From NCBI GenBank assembly GCA_964291215.2, contig OZ219791.1:2048001-2112000 (forward strand): 64,000 nucleotides of DNA, written 5' to 3'. This document shows positions 9,381 through 20,102 of the stretch, in pieces (position 1 is the stretch's first letter; each line of letters opens with the position of its first letter). A program made the translations under genes and the position numbers. The DNA is from Alphaproteobacteria bacterium (GTDB taxonomy: Bacteria > Pseudomonadota > Alphaproteobacteria > MPNO01 > UBA830). The notes under the pieces were generated by a model, which made no database searches, was not told where the DNA came from, and saw nothing but the letters and a program-made list of their open reading frames with translations.

Positions 9381-11132
9381 ATGAGAACTATGAAATATGT
9401 GACCTTGGCGGCGCTGGCCGCTGCGGGTCTGGCGCTCGCGGGCTGCGGTGGCGGGTCGAAGAAGCCGGTCGCGATGGGCAACCAGCAGATGGAGATGACG
9501 GACGCCCAGAAGGCGCAGGCGGCCTACGACGCCGCCGCGGCAGCCGAAAAGGCGGCGATGGCGGCCGAGCAAGTGGCCAAAATGCAGCGTGATGCGGCCA
9601 AGAAGGCGTCCCCGACTGAGCGCATCTACTCCACAGGCGGCGACAGCTCGATGGTCAGGGCCAACGCCGAGGCCATAAAAGCCGCGAAGGCGGCGGCCGA
9701 GAAGGCGCTGGCGGACGCCAGGGCGGAGAAGATGAAGATCGATGAGGCGCTGAAGGCGCTGAATGCCCTGCCGGCCGGCACGACCGGCCTTGCGGCGCAG
9801 AAGAAGGTGGTCGATCAGCAGAGCAAGGATGTGGCCGCGCAGATCAAGCTCATCGAGGGGTATCTGACCGGGGCCGGCTCGATCGCAGCCTATCTCTCGA
9901 GTGTCGATACCGAGGCGAAAATCAAGAACCGCGCCGGCGAAACCCCCGCTGGCCTCCTCAGGGAGTCGACAAGGCCCGCGAGGCGGATGCTCTATGCCTT
10001 TCAGCTTGCGGAAACAGCTCGCGCCAGCGGCGCTTACGAAAGCAGAATCATGGGTTCCTACGTTCGGCGTCCGACAGGGGACCTCGCCGCCGGCAGAGGC
10101 AGCGCCATGCCGCCGACGAAGGCCATCACCACCGGGGAGAACGACGATCGGAAATCCATGTTCTATCACAGGTATGACGACGGCGAACTCCCGGCCGGCG
10201 TCATGACCTGGGAGCAGATTGCCGCCAAGGATGGGATGCTCGTGAAGAAGGCCTTCGGCACCGGCAACATGGATGTCGATGTCCTGCCCCTTGCCGGGAT
10301 GCCCCTGTCCGCACTCACCGGCTCGGATGGAACGGCCCTGACGGCGTATCCCACGCTCACCGGCGGCATGCTCGCCGACCAGTATTACAAGGGGGTCAAG
10401 GGGACGCTGTATTGCCAGGGCACATGCAATGCCGAGGGCGGCAAGCTGACCGGCAAGCTGTTCTTCAAGGCGGCCGACGAATTCGACGATGGCTACGCGG
10501 GCTCGTATCGCTACTACTGGATGACGCCGAGGAACTCCCACTACACGACGTGGAATGCCTATGTCCGCTACGGGTACTGGCTGTATGGAACCGGCGGCAG
10601 CGCAAACGCAAACGACACCGGGATCATTGTCCTCGCAAACAGCCCTGCCCTTTATCAAGGGAATGTTGCTGCCAGCACCACTCTCCCGAACACTGCCACC
10701 TACAAGGGCGAAGCCTTTGGCCTGTCGGCGCTGAAGCTCTACACCGCCGGCGAGCACACGGGGCAAAGGTCCGCACGGTTCACGGCGGATGTGACGCTCA
10801 AGGCCACGTTCAGCGCCGCCCCCAAACTGGGAGGTACGATCGACAACTTCATGGGGAATGCCGTCGACGAGGACTGGAGCGTCAAGCTCGCGGAGATCGC
10901 CACCAGTTTCCACGCTCCCAGTAGTACTGGCGGCGATGTCGACGAAGGCGTTGCCACGGGTTCCATAGGCGGCACCGACTTCGACAAGATCGGCAGGTGG
11001 CGGGCTAGATCCTTCAGCCAGGACGGCGAGGGGCGCCCGGCCGGCTTCCTGGGCATATTCAACGCCCACTTCTCGAACGGGCACGCTGTCGGCGCATACT
11101 CGACGAGGATGGAGACGGAGACGGCGGAGTAG
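9381..11132 (+). CDS. surface lipoprotein with Ala/Lys-rich helical stalk and C-terminal TbpB-like beta-barrel (likely Slam/T11SS cargo)
   Basis: RBS GGAGGAG; lipobox LAGC followed by GGGS; C-terminal TATYKGEAFG, ARFTADVTLKATF, LGGTIDNF, GIFNAHFSNGHAVGAY; adjacent Slam gene. Confidence 0.75.
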   Translation: MRTMKYVTLAALAAAGLALAGCGGGSKKPVAMGNQQMEMTDAQKAQAAYDAAAAAEKAAMAAEQVAKMQRDAAKKASPTERIYSTGGDSSMVRANAEAIKAAKAAAEKALADARAEKMKIDEALKALNALPAGTTGLAAQKKVVDQQSKDVAAQIKLIEGYLTGAGSIAAYLSSVDTEAKIKNRAGETPAGLLRESTRPARRMLYAFQLAETARASGAYESRIMGSYVRRPTGDLAAGRGSAMPPTKAITTGENDDRKSMFYHRYDDGELPAGVMTWEQIAAKDGMLVKKAFGTGNMDVDVLPLAGMPLSALTGSDGTALTAYPTLTGGMLADQYYKGVKGTLYCQGTCNAEGGKLTGKLFFKAADEFDDGYAGSYRYYWMTPRNSHYTTWNAYVRYGYWLYGTGGSANANDTGIIVLANSPALYQGNVAASTTLPNTATYKGEAFGLSALKLYTAGEHTGQRSARFTADVTLKATFSAAPKLGGTIDNFMGNAVDEDWSVKLAEIATSFHAPSSTGGDVDEGVATGSIGGTDFDKIGRWRARSFSQDGEGRPAGFLGIFNAHFSNGHAVGAYSTRMETETAE

Positions 11133-11155
11133 CCTGCTCCCGAGCATCGGCGTTC

Positions 11156-11191
11156 AGGCCCCGGCCGCTTCGCGCGGCCGGGGCCTTCTTT
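11156..11191 (+). terminator. intrinsic terminator-like hairpin
   Basis: AGGCCCCGGCCGC-TTCGC-GCGGCCGGGGCCT followed by TCTTT. Confidence 0.6.
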
Positions 11192-11245
11192 CCTCCGGCG
11201 CCCTCCGGGCGGCCGGAGGTTCCCTTTGCACGGACAGGGGTTTTC

Positions 11246-11635
11246 ATGCGCATACCCGCTCTCGTCATTGCCGCCGGGCTGTGCCTGTTCGCCGCCGCCG
11301 CCCACGGCCAGGACGCGACCGGCCCGCGGTTCCAGGCGGGCATGGAGGCGCTCGCCGCCGCGCAGGCCGCCGCGGACCGGGACGCCCGCGACGGGAGGCT
11401 CGACGAGGCCATTGCGGCGTTCCGGGCCATCCTGGTGGACCGCCCGGACCTGGTGCGGGTGCGTCTGGAACTCGCACACGCCTTCTTCCTGAAGAAGGAG
11501 GACAGCCTGGCGCGGCGGCATTTCGAACAGGTGCTGGCGGGGACGCCGGCGGTGGTCGCCAACATCCGGCGCTTCCTCGACATCATGCGCGCGCGGCGGC
11601 GCTGGGAGGTGCATTTCGGCCTGGCGGCAGGGTAG
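11246..11635 (+). pseudogene. Slam (surface lipoprotein assembly modulator) N-terminal TPR region, truncated by an IS end
   Basis: Signal peptide, then RPDLVRVRLELAHAFF...ARRHFEQVLAG...NIRRFL...RRRW; stops at the IS-type end CAGGGTAGTCTTACGCTAAAT (11628) before the barrel. Confidence 0.75.
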
Positions 11636-11720
11636 TCTTACGCTAAATTCTGTCTGATTTTTCAAGACAGTACCTGGGCTTTGCGAGGTTGCGGGTTGGT
11701 GCGGGAGATTTTTTTACACC

Positions 11721-12911
11721 CCCGTTCCATAGTGAAGTGCAACACATGATGGGCTGTGGCCATGTGTTTTTAGACGCATGATGTTGCGGAGCTGTCCAGC
11801 AGCGGCGAAAGTTCCTGTACAAGATGGAGGGAGCTTGTTCATGTCCAAAGGCTACCGTCACCTACGAAGAGCGATGCCAGATTGAGGCAGAAAAGCGGTC
11901 TTTCACAAGGTGCGATTGCTCGGCAGCTGGGCCGATCAACAATTTTCCGGGAGATCAAGCGCAACACCGGGGGACGGGGTTACCGTCACAAGCAGGCGCA
12001 AAGGATGGCAGAGACGCGCCGCAGGGCCGCCTCGTCTGTTTCCTGGCGGTTGACGCCTCGGGTTGAAGCTCAGAAAAAGCTGCGGGAGGGCCCCGAGCAG
12101 CGGCCGTTTTCGACTGGAAGGCCGTGAACGGATCCATGATCGCCGAAGATCGGAGAGCTGGGGGCGTCTTGAAGCTTCGGCGGCGCGGCAAGAAGCCGAA
12201 CTGGAAGGGCGGATGCCATTCCGGCCGGGTGGACATTTCTGGCCGAGTGGACATTTCCGAGCGCCCTGCGGAGGCAAAGGAACGGATCGGCGACTGGGAG
12301 CCATCATCGGCAAAGCTCACAGTGGAGCTGTCGTGTCGCTCGTGCCACGAAATACACCTTGCTGGGTGGACAGAAAGACACGGTCGGTATGATCCGCCTG
12401 CTCGGCTCTGGTGCGCTATTGGTCCACACAATCACAACGGCAAAGAGTTCGCAGACCACAGGCGTGTCGCACTTGACGCAGATTTCTTCTTCGCCTTTCC
12501 ATTCCTGGGAGCGCGGCTTGAATGAGCACACCAACGGCCTGGTGCGGGAGTACTTCCCGAAGGGCACGGACTTTCGCGCGACATGCAACGAAGATGTTCA
12601 GAAGGATCGGCTCAACACTCGGAAAGTCCCGGGATCGCCGACGGAGGTAATCTTGAAGTGAAACCGCCCTGACCATCTGCGTTCCAAAGCCGCAACGTGC
12701 AGCAGGGTCCATGCCGCGCGACGGCGGAATAGTGGCTTGAAGCCGACAAAGGCGTTGCATAAGCTTGATGTTGAAGGAACTGAAGCTGTTTCCAGGCGGA
12801 ATCGAGAGGGGCAGAGGGGAAAGATTTGCGCAACACCCGGCCCTCATCTCCGTTCGGGCTACGCCCTCACTGCGATGAGGGCCGGGTGTTGCACTTCAGA
12901 CTGGAAGTGGG
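11721..12911 (+). mobile_element. IS30-family element, degenerate
   Basis: TIRs CCCGTTCCATAGTGAAGTGCAACAC and GTGTTGCACTTCAGACTGGAAGTGGG; fragments IARQLGRSTIFREIKRN, RIGDWE, NGKEFADH, WERGLNEHTNGLVREYFPKGTDF. Confidence 0.9.
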
Positions 12912-13106
12912 GCATTCATTGAACGCGCCCTCGTCGCAGTTAAGCAGGGCGTTGATTACCTTTTGCGACAGGTGCGAGCCCTTGATCTCCGAAAGTTCTG
13001 CCCGTTCGTCCAGGGTCACCACGTAGCGTTTCATACTCCGACCTCCATCCCGAATGGACGGACAGTCTAGCACTAAATGTACGACATATCATTGCTGACA
13101 TAACAC
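12912..13106 (-). mobile_element. IS630 left-end fragment (copy of ~8403-8598), cut by IS30
   Basis: Near-identical to 8403-8598, including the TIR and flanking TA. Confidence 0.85.
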
Positions 13107-13109
13107 TAG

Positions 13110-13395
13110 GGCGACAGATCGCCGGGCCGCCATTCTCCGCGCAGGCATCAAGCCAGCGCAGAACGTCGAGGCCGCTCCTCGCGACCGTGTCGTGTACATG
13201 ACCGCCGACAGCTGTCCATGCTGTCGGAACCGAAGCCGGGCTTCCGCCCGTTGACCGGGCCCCTGAGAGCCCTTTCCCCGAAATTGTTGTCCATGGTCGA
13301 CGAACACGCGATGGTTGAGCGCAGCGGCCTGCCTTCCGGCGCCGCTTTAGGAAGCCTCGGCGCTTCCGCAAACAGCGCGGCGACCGCAGTCTCCG
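13110..13395 (-). pseudogene. IS66-like transposase C-terminal fragment
   Basis: Degenerate reading frames resembling an IS66 C-terminus (AERALRGPV.GRK..FG, then SAVMYT). Confidence 0.5.
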
Positions 13396-13399
13396 GCCT

Positions 13400-15315
13400 T
13401 TGAATGGTACACTGTAAACTCGATGTTGGCGTAGTCGCCCCGGTAGTTTTCAGTGAACAAGATCAGGTATCCTTCCCGGAGTTTGTGGGTGCCCGGCTGG
13501 TGCTTCGACGGGATGAATCCGGCGAGGCGCGCGGTGTTGACGGCGAACTCCGCGATCGCCTGATCCGGGTCGGGTGGACCGCGTTGCCTGCGGTGGTTCG
13601 GTATGTGGACGGCGAGGACATGGATCTCGTGGACGATCGTGCGTGCCGGCATGGCGCTCCGCGCGAGGATGACGGTGCATGCGGCAATGGCAGGCGAGGC
13701 ACTTCCTCAGGTCGTCGGCGGCGTTGAGCCCCTTGATCCGCGTTCCGGTCTTGACGGCCGCGAACCACTCTCAGCCAGCGTTTCCAGGCGCGGATCGCGT
13801 TCTCCTGCGTGGGCTCACCTTCGGTGGTCAAGAGCAACCAGCCGGTCCTGTCGGCGGCGTCTTCTCCAGGACGCGCACTGCGAGCATGGTGAGTGGGGCC
13901 GTGCCCAGGGCGGGACAAAGGGACCCGCAGCTTGTTGCGCCCCTTGCGCGTCCGGGGGCCGCCACAGGTCGATCGTCTTCTCCGCGACGATGTCCAATTC
14001 GGCCGCGAACAGGTCCCTGGCCTTGCCGTCCGCCGTGATGGCCCGCCCGAACGGCTGGCGCGGACCAGAAGCCGCCGGGCGCGGGGGCGCAGGCCTCCGA
14101 CAGGAGAGACCACATGTCGCCCTCACGGTCGCAGACGGGCGGGTTCGCGGACAGGCCGTCTCGGCAGACTTGGCGAAGGCGTCCGTCCGCTTTCCTCGCC
14201 CGCCGTCGCCTTGTCCTCCGCGCGGAATCAAGGCTGAATACCCCCGGTGCGCAGCCGCTGAACGCAACGCCGACATGAGCCCCTTGCTTCCGGAACCGCC
14301 AATGTCGACAAGGCCCTGCGTCGCCTCGCTGTAGTTCAGCATCCCTGAACCGCAACAGACTGGCTGCGGCAACGCATCGCCTCCTGATGCGGCTCAAGGA
14401 TGTCTTGCATGCCGATCCTCGGGTTCGACAGGAACCTGCAAGCTGCTCCGCCTCGCCGGGAAAGATCACCGGTGCACCCGGACGACCGCACCAGGCCTCG
14501 CCCATCGTGACAAGGCGCTGTGCGCGCTCCGTCCGTACTCCGCCATCCTCCCTTGACGCGGGCCTGAACTGATCACCCGGCCCGCTCGAGAGACCAGTCC
14601 GCCGACAGCGGCTTCACGTACACCCGCAACCCCTTGTCCGGCAGCACGCCGCCGCATGGCAGCCCGTATGCTCCGCACCCACGTAGCTGTACGCCAAGCG
14701 AACACCGTAGCGCTCCTCCCAGTCACGCGACCATGGAACAGCGCCACGGACGCAAGCCCGCGGACGCCGGGAAGAAACCTGTCATTATTGACAACCCGCT
14801 CGATGTTGGCGTCCCGCGCCGCCAGCCGATGTGGAGGTCCCGCGCTTTGTGATGCCAGGACGCAGCGCCAGGCCGCCGAGGACGCCGTGCAGGGACGAGA
14901 ATCCAGTAGCGGATGCCCGGGACAGGCCGCATCGGGATGATACGATGCCATCATCGACCGCGCCAGCGACTTGTCCTCGTCGGCAACCGGAATCACGCCA
15001 AGATCGCCGAGACGGCACGACAGGTGTCTGTCGGGATAATCCGGCGACGGGGCCAGGGACTCCGGGGTCACCGAGCCTCCGGCAGACCGAGTGCGGCGGA
15101 GAACTTCGGAAGCACGGCCGAGGCATAGTTCTCCCTTCGCGTTCTGCCAGTCCTCGCGCTCGCAGAGCTCACGTGCCAGGAAGGTCCGCGTGCAATCCCC
15201 GGCGCCAAGCCGTGCCTTCAGCCAGTCAACCGTCTCGCCACCATAATGTCGCAGGCCGATTCTCATGGAACCGTATATACGGCGTCAGTTGCTTCGAGTT
15301 AATAGTGATAAGTTG
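13400..15315 (-). mobile_element. IS4-family (IS50/Tn5-like) transposase fused to an N-terminal DUF4338 (DruA-like) domain, degenerate
   Basis: MRIGLRHYGGETVDWL...LARELCEREDW, SWHHKARD, VVNNDRFL, WLLLTTEG, AVNTARLAGFIPSK; end sequence TTAATAGTGATAAGTTG. Confidence 0.8.
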
Positions 15316-15331
15316 AAAGCCCCCCCCCCGT

Positions 15332-15513
15332 CAGGACTTCTGTTGTCGCGATCGGCGGCGGACAACCGTGTCAGAGTGGCCGTTCTTGAAGTTGGTGGCA
15401 CCGTCTCAAGGTCGGAACCGGCATATCGACAACGAAATCCGCTCCCGAATGGCCCTTCAGATCTGCCTACAACGCCCCTCGTCGGACGAAACCGGACAAA
15501 AGAAGAGCCCTGC
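15332..15513. repeat. second copy of the 6602-6785 repeat
   Basis: Reverse-complement alignment to 6602-6785. Confidence 0.8.
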
Positions 15514-15580
15514 CCCTCCCCCAGTAAAACGCCTCAAAGCGCAAACCTCAAACAAATTTCCAGACATCAAGTTACAGTAC
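15514..15580 (-). mobile_element. IS256 left-end fragment
   Basis: Matches ~41445-41509 (...AATTTCCAGACATCAAGTTACAGTACC). Confidence 0.8.
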
Positions 15581-15819
15581 CAACCGGAACCGGATGCTCG
15601 ACGCCGGGCGCGGCGAGGAACTCGACGACCTCGTCGCCGCAGCCCGCAGGACGATGATCGAAGCGATGAACAAAGGCCCGGCGTGAGGTGATTTCAGGGG
15701 CGGAACATGCGCACCGCCTATCGTTGCAGGCTGATTTCTCTGCTGGTCCCGAGCTGCTCACTGATGAACCACACCATCGTTATGGCGCGGCAGCGGCATC
15801 ATCGTGAGGTCGTGAGAAG

Positions 15820-15940
15820 CGAAAAGCCCCCGCTTTGAGGCGGGGGCTTGAGACACCGGTGGATGATCCTGGGACACCGAGCCCGCACGAAGGATCGATT
15901 TGCTGCGAAAAGGAAACCGACCGCTTCTCGATTTGCTACG
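15820..15940 (-). ncRNA. tracrRNA
   Basis: Anti-repeat GTAGCAAATCGAGAAGCGGTCG (15939-15918); 3' terminator AAGCCCCCGC-CTCAAA-GCGGGGGCTT-TT; upstream extended -10-like TGCTAACAT; resembles the P. lavamentivorans tracrRNA as recalled. Confidence 0.9.
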
Positions 15941-15980
15941 GGCACGATGTTAGCATGCGGCGCGAGTAAAGCAATGGGGA

Positions 15981-18900
15981 ATGACCTGCATGCCGCTCGT
16001 ATTCGGCCTCGACATCGGCACCACCTCGGTCGGGTTCGCCGTGATCGAACACGATGCCGCGCTCGCCACGGGAAAAATCCACCGTCTCGGCGTCCGGATC
16101 TTTCCCGAGGCGCGCGATCCGAAAGGCGTGCCGTTTAACCAGGAACGCCGTCAGGCACGCCTTCGTCGCCGTCAACTGCGCCGTCGGCGAGAGCGCCGGC
16201 GGTTGCTCGGCGATCAACTGTGCACGGCCGGATTGCTCCCATTGCGCAACTCGCCCGACTGGGGTCGGGCAATGAAGCGTGATCCCTACGAGCTACGGAG
16301 GCGCGCTTTCGAAGGGGAGGCCCTGTCTCCGCATGAAATCGGCCGCGCCATATATCATCTTGCGCAGCGCCGCCACTTCAGGGGCCGCGACATCGACGAG
16401 GTTTCCGACACTGCCGACGATGCAGCCGACGACGCGGACGAGAAGACCGCGACATCGGCGCGAGAGCAAACAGTTCAGGCATTGAAGCGCGAGGGCAAGA
16501 CGCTAGGCGCCTGGCTCGCCGCGCGTGGACCGCATGAACGCAAGCGAGGCGAGCATGCCACGCGCGATATCGTCGAGGACGAGTTCGACGCGGTGTGGAT
16601 GCCGCTCGTTCCGGAGCCATTCCGCTCCTCGGTGCGGGACGCGATCTTCGTCCAGCGGCCCGTCTTCTGGCGGCTGAACACGCTTGGCAAGTGCCGGTTC
16701 GTCCCCGACGCGCGTCTTTGTCCGAAGGGATCCTGGCTCTCGCAGCAGCGGCGCATGCTCGAGAAGCTGAACAACCTTGCGCTTGTCGGCGGCAATCAGC
16801 GTCCTCTCGACCCCGAAGAGCGCCAGGCGATCCTCTCCAGACTGCAAACGCAGGCCTCGATGACGTGGAGAGGCGTTCGGAGGGCGCTCGCACCACTTTA
16901 TCGGGCCCGAGGCGAGCCCGGCGAAGAGAGGGCGCTCAAGTTCAACCTGCAGGAAGGCGGAGAGAAGAAACTGCTCGGCAATCCGGTCGAAGCGAAGCTG
17001 GCGGATATCTTCGGCGACGACTGGCCAGAGCATCCACGCAAGCAGGAAGTCCGGGATTCACTTCCCCAACGGATTTGGCAGGCCGACTACGAACAAGTGG
17101 GCGAGGAGCGCGTGGTAATTCTTCCCAGGGCCGAGCGTGCGGCTCGCAGGGCGGAGCTCGTGCAGAATTTCGTCTCGGAATTCGGCCTGTCGGACGATCA
17201 GGCGACCAAGATCGAGACATTGAAGCTCCCGTCAGGCTGGGAGCCCTACTCCGTTGAGGCGCTGCAGGCAATGTTGCCGCATCTCGAAGACGGGGTCAGG
17301 TTCGGAGAACTGGTCATCGGTCCGGATTGGGAGGGCTGGCGCGCTGAGACATTTCCCGGTCGGGATCAGCCAACCGGAGAAGTGTTCGACCGCCTTCCGA
17401 GTCCGGCCGAACGCGAAGAAAGGCAACACGTCGCCAGCCTGCGCAATCCGACGGTCGCACGGACGCGCAACGAGTTGCGCAAGGTGGTCAACAACCTGAT
17501 CGACCTGTACGGCAAGCCCGACCTGATTCACGTCGAAGTCGCGCGCGACGTTGGCAACTCCAAGCGCCAGCGCGATGAAAAGGCGTCCGGCATTCGCCGC
17601 CAGGAACGGCGCCGGAAGGCGGCCCGCGAAGCGCTCCAGCAAAACGGGATTGCGGAACCAGCGCGCGCGGATGTCGAAAAGTGGATGCTCTGGGAGGAGT
17701 GCGGCCACCGCTGTCCGTACACCGGGGACACGATTTCATTCGACGCCCTGTTCCGCACCGGGGACTTCGAGGTGGAGCACATCTGGCCGAGATCCCGCTC
17801 GCTCGACAACAGCTTCAGGAACAAGACCCTCTGCCGCAAGGACGTGAACCTCCGAAAGGGCAACCAGACCCCTTACGAGCTCTTCCGAAGCAACGAGGAA
17901 GAGTGGGATGCGCTTGCGAACCGGCTGGCCGGCATGAAGGCCGCCAAGGGCGGAACGGGCATGTCTCCCGGCAAGATCAGGCGGTTCCTGGCACCGTCCA
18001 TCCCCGAGGATTTCGCCTCCCGGCAGTTGAACGACACCGGTTATGCCGCCCGCGATGCGGTCGCCTATCTCAAGAAGCTGTGGCCGGACCAGGGACCGGA
18101 AGCGCCGGTGAAGGTCTTCGCCGTATCAGGACGGGTAACGGGCCACCTTCGCCGGTTGTGGCGCCTGAACAACATCCTGGCTGATGACGGCGAGAAGACC
18201 CGCGCCGATCACCGCCATCACGCGATCGATGCGCTGACGGTCGCCTGCTGCCACCCGGGGATGACGCAAAAGCTCTCGCGTTATTGGCAGGAAGAGGACG
18301 ATCCCCGCGCGCCGCAGCCGCACCTTCCTCCGCCCTGGAAAACGATCCGAAGCGACGCCGAGAGGGCGGTTGCGGCCATCGTCGTGTCCCATCGCGTCCG
18401 CAGGAAGGTCTCCGGACAGCTCCACAAGGAGACGATCTACCGCGATACCGGCGAGGAAATCGCCGGCGCGCGCGGAACGACCTACCGCTATTTCGTCCGC
18501 CGCAAGGCCGTCGAAGAACTGAAGAACTCGGAGTCCGAGCGCTTCAACGGGACCAGAATCATCGACATCGTCGATGACGGCGTGCGTGACATCGTCCGCG
18601 GCTGGGTCGACAAGCATGGTGGAGATCCCAGCGCGGCGTTCGTGCACGGCTATCCCAAACGGGGCAGGAAAGGCCCGGAAATCCGCAAGGTCCGTCTGCG
18701 CGTAAAGCGGCAGATCGAACTGATGACGAAAGCCTCCACGGGCTATGCCGACCTGGGCAACAATCATCACATCGCGATCTACCGGCTGGCCGATGGAACC
18801 GTCGATTACGATGTGGTCAGCCTGCTGGAGGCATCGCGGCGCAAGGCGCGGCGCGAGCCCGTCGTCAGGAGAGATCGCGGCGACGGCACGCAGTTCGTGA

Positions 18901-19121
18901 TGTCGCTGGCTCCCGGCGACACATTGCAGACCAGCGAGAACGGCGAGGCGAAGCTACGCGTTGTCACGGGAGTATGGAGCAACGGCCAGATAGTCATGTG
19001 TGACAACGTCGATGCAGCCAAGGCGACTGAGACTCGCCCCGGCGCCAAGACGATCGTCTCGAGCGGCGGCAAGAAGGTCTCTGTCGATCCGATCGGTCGA
19101 ATCCGTCTGGCGAACGACTAA
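15981..19121 (+). CDS. cas9: type II-C Cas9, 1046 aa (start may be 15990)
   Basis: RuvC-I GLDIGTTSVG, Arg-rich bridge helix, RuvC-II HVEVARD, HNH VEHIWPRS, RuvC-III HHAIDA; strongly resembles P. lavamentivorans Cas9. Confidence 0.98.
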   Translation: MTCMPLVFGLDIGTTSVGFAVIEHDAALATGKIHRLGVRIFPEARDPKGVPFNQERRQARLRRRQLRRRRERRRLLGDQLCTAGLLPLRNSPDWGRAMKRDPYELRRRAFEGEALSPHEIGRAIYHLAQRRHFRGRDIDEVSDTADDAADDADEKTATSAREQTVQALKREGKTLGAWLAARGPHERKRGEHATRDIVEDEFDAVWMPLVPEPFRSSVRDAIFVQRPVFWRLNTLGKCRFVPDARLCPKGSWLSQQRRMLEKLNNLALVGGNQRPLDPEERQAILSRLQTQASMTWRGVRRALAPLYRARGEPGEERALKFNLQEGGEKKLLGNPVEAKLADIFGDDWPEHPRKQEVRDSLPQRIWQADYEQVGEERVVILPRAERAARRAELVQNFVSEFGLSDDQATKIETLKLPSGWEPYSVEALQAMLPHLEDGVRFGELVIGPDWEGWRAETFPGRDQPTGEVFDRLPSPAEREERQHVASLRNPTVARTRNELRKVVNNLIDLYGKPDLIHVEVARDVGNSKRQRDEKASGIRRQERRRKAAREALQQNGIAEPARADVEKWMLWEECGHRCPYTGDTISFDALFRTGDFEVEHIWPRSRSLDNSFRNKTLCRKDVNLRKGNQTPYELFRSNEEEWDALANRLAGMKAAKGGTGMSPGKIRRFLAPSIPEDFASRQLNDTGYAARDAVAYLKKLWPDQGPEAPVKVFAVSGRVTGHLRRLWRLNNILADDGEKTRADHRHHAIDALTVACCHPGMTQKLSRYWQEEDDPRAPQPHLPPPWKTIRSDAERAVAAIVVSHRVRRKVSGQLHKETIYRDTGEEIAGARGTTYRYFVRRKAVEELKNSESERFNGTRIIDIVDDGVRDIVRGWVDKHGGDPSAAFVHGYPKRGRKGPEIRKVRLRVKRQIELMTKASTGYADLGNNHHIAIYRLADGTVDYDVVSLLEASRRKARREPVVRRDRGDGTQFVMSLAPGDTLQTSENGEAKLRVVTGVWSNGQIVMCDNVDAAKATETRPGAKTIVSSGGKKVSVDPIGRIRLAND

Positions 19122-19133
19122 ACTAGCCCGGCG

Positions 19134-20069
19134 ATGATCCGCAAGACCATCGAGTTTTCGACGCCCGGCACCCGCCTCTCGGTTGCACACCGGCAGCTCG
19201 TGGTCGAGCGGCCCGACCTGCCGAAGGCGACCCTTCCGATCGAGGATCTCGGCGTGGTCATCGTGGACGACACTCGGGCGACCTACACGCAGTCCGTCTT
19301 TCTGTCGCTTCTGGAAGCCGGTGCAACCGTGCTGGTCACCGGCCGCGATCATCTCCCCGCCGGAATGATGCTTCCGCTCGACGCGCATCACGTTCAGACG
19401 GAACGTCACCGGGCCCAGGTCGAGACCAGCGCGCCGGTCCGCAAGCGCGCCTGGCAGACGATCGTGCGGGCCAAGATCGTTCAGCAGGCCACCGTGCTCT
19501 CCCATTTCACCGGAAATCACGGCGGCCTCGTTCCAATGGCTCGCCGGGTTCGCTCGGGCGATCCCGACAATCTTGAGGCCCAGGCTGCGCAGAGATACTG
19601 GCCGCGCCTGTTCGGCAAGACCTTCCGCCGCGACCGCGAAGCCGAGGGTGTCAACGCGCTCCTGAACTACGGCTATGCCGTCGTCCGGGCGGCGGTGGCC
19701 CGTGCGGTGGTCGCGGCCGGCTTGATTCCCTCTCTCGGAGTTCACCATCGGCATCGCAATAATCCGTTCTGTCTTGCGGATGATCTGTTGGAGCCGTACC
19801 GCCCCTACGTCGACTGGCGGGTCCGTCAAATGGCCGGCGACCATGCCGAGGCCGCGCCCGATCTGTCCGAACGGAAGACCCGCGCCGAACTTCTCTCCTT
19901 GCTCAACGAAACCGTGCACGTCGGCGGGCGCCGCGAACCCTTGATGCTCGCTTTCCATGCCAGTGCAGCCTCTCTGTGCCGAACGCTCACTGGCGGCGAC
20001 CGCACTCTGGCGCTTCCGGAAGGACTCCCCGTGGAGCCCGATCTGGTCGATGCCGCTGAGATCGGTTGA
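19134..20069 (+). CDS. cas1: type II Cas1
   Basis: SGDPDNLEAQAAQRYW, NALLNYGYAVVR, LADDLLEPYRP motifs. Confidence 0.97.
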   Translation: MIRKTIEFSTPGTRLSVAHRQLVVERPDLPKATLPIEDLGVVIVDDTRATYTQSVFLSLLEAGATVLVTGRDHLPAGMMLPLDAHHVQTERHRAQVETSAPVRKRAWQTIVRAKIVQQATVLSHFTGNHGGLVPMARRVRSGDPDNLEAQAAQRYWPRLFGKTFRRDREAEGVNALLNYGYAVVRAAVARAVVAAGLIPSLGVHHRHRNNPFCLADDLLEPYRPYVDWRVRQMAGDHAEAAPDLSERKTRAELLSLLNETVHVGGRREPLMLAFHASAASLCRTLTGGDRTLALPEGLPVEPDLVDAAEIG

Positions 20070-20078
20070 GCCTGCCGC

Positions 20079-20102
20079 GGGGGGGGGGGGGGGGGGGGGG
20101 GG
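20079..20102. repeat. G24 homopolymer between cas1 and cas2
   Basis: 24 consecutive G, the last being the G of the GTG start of cas2. Confidence 0.9.

Noticed and set aside
20066-20101. Poly-Gly N-terminal extension of Cas2
   Set aside because: It derives from the G24 tract; the GTG at 20102 gives a normal-length Cas2.
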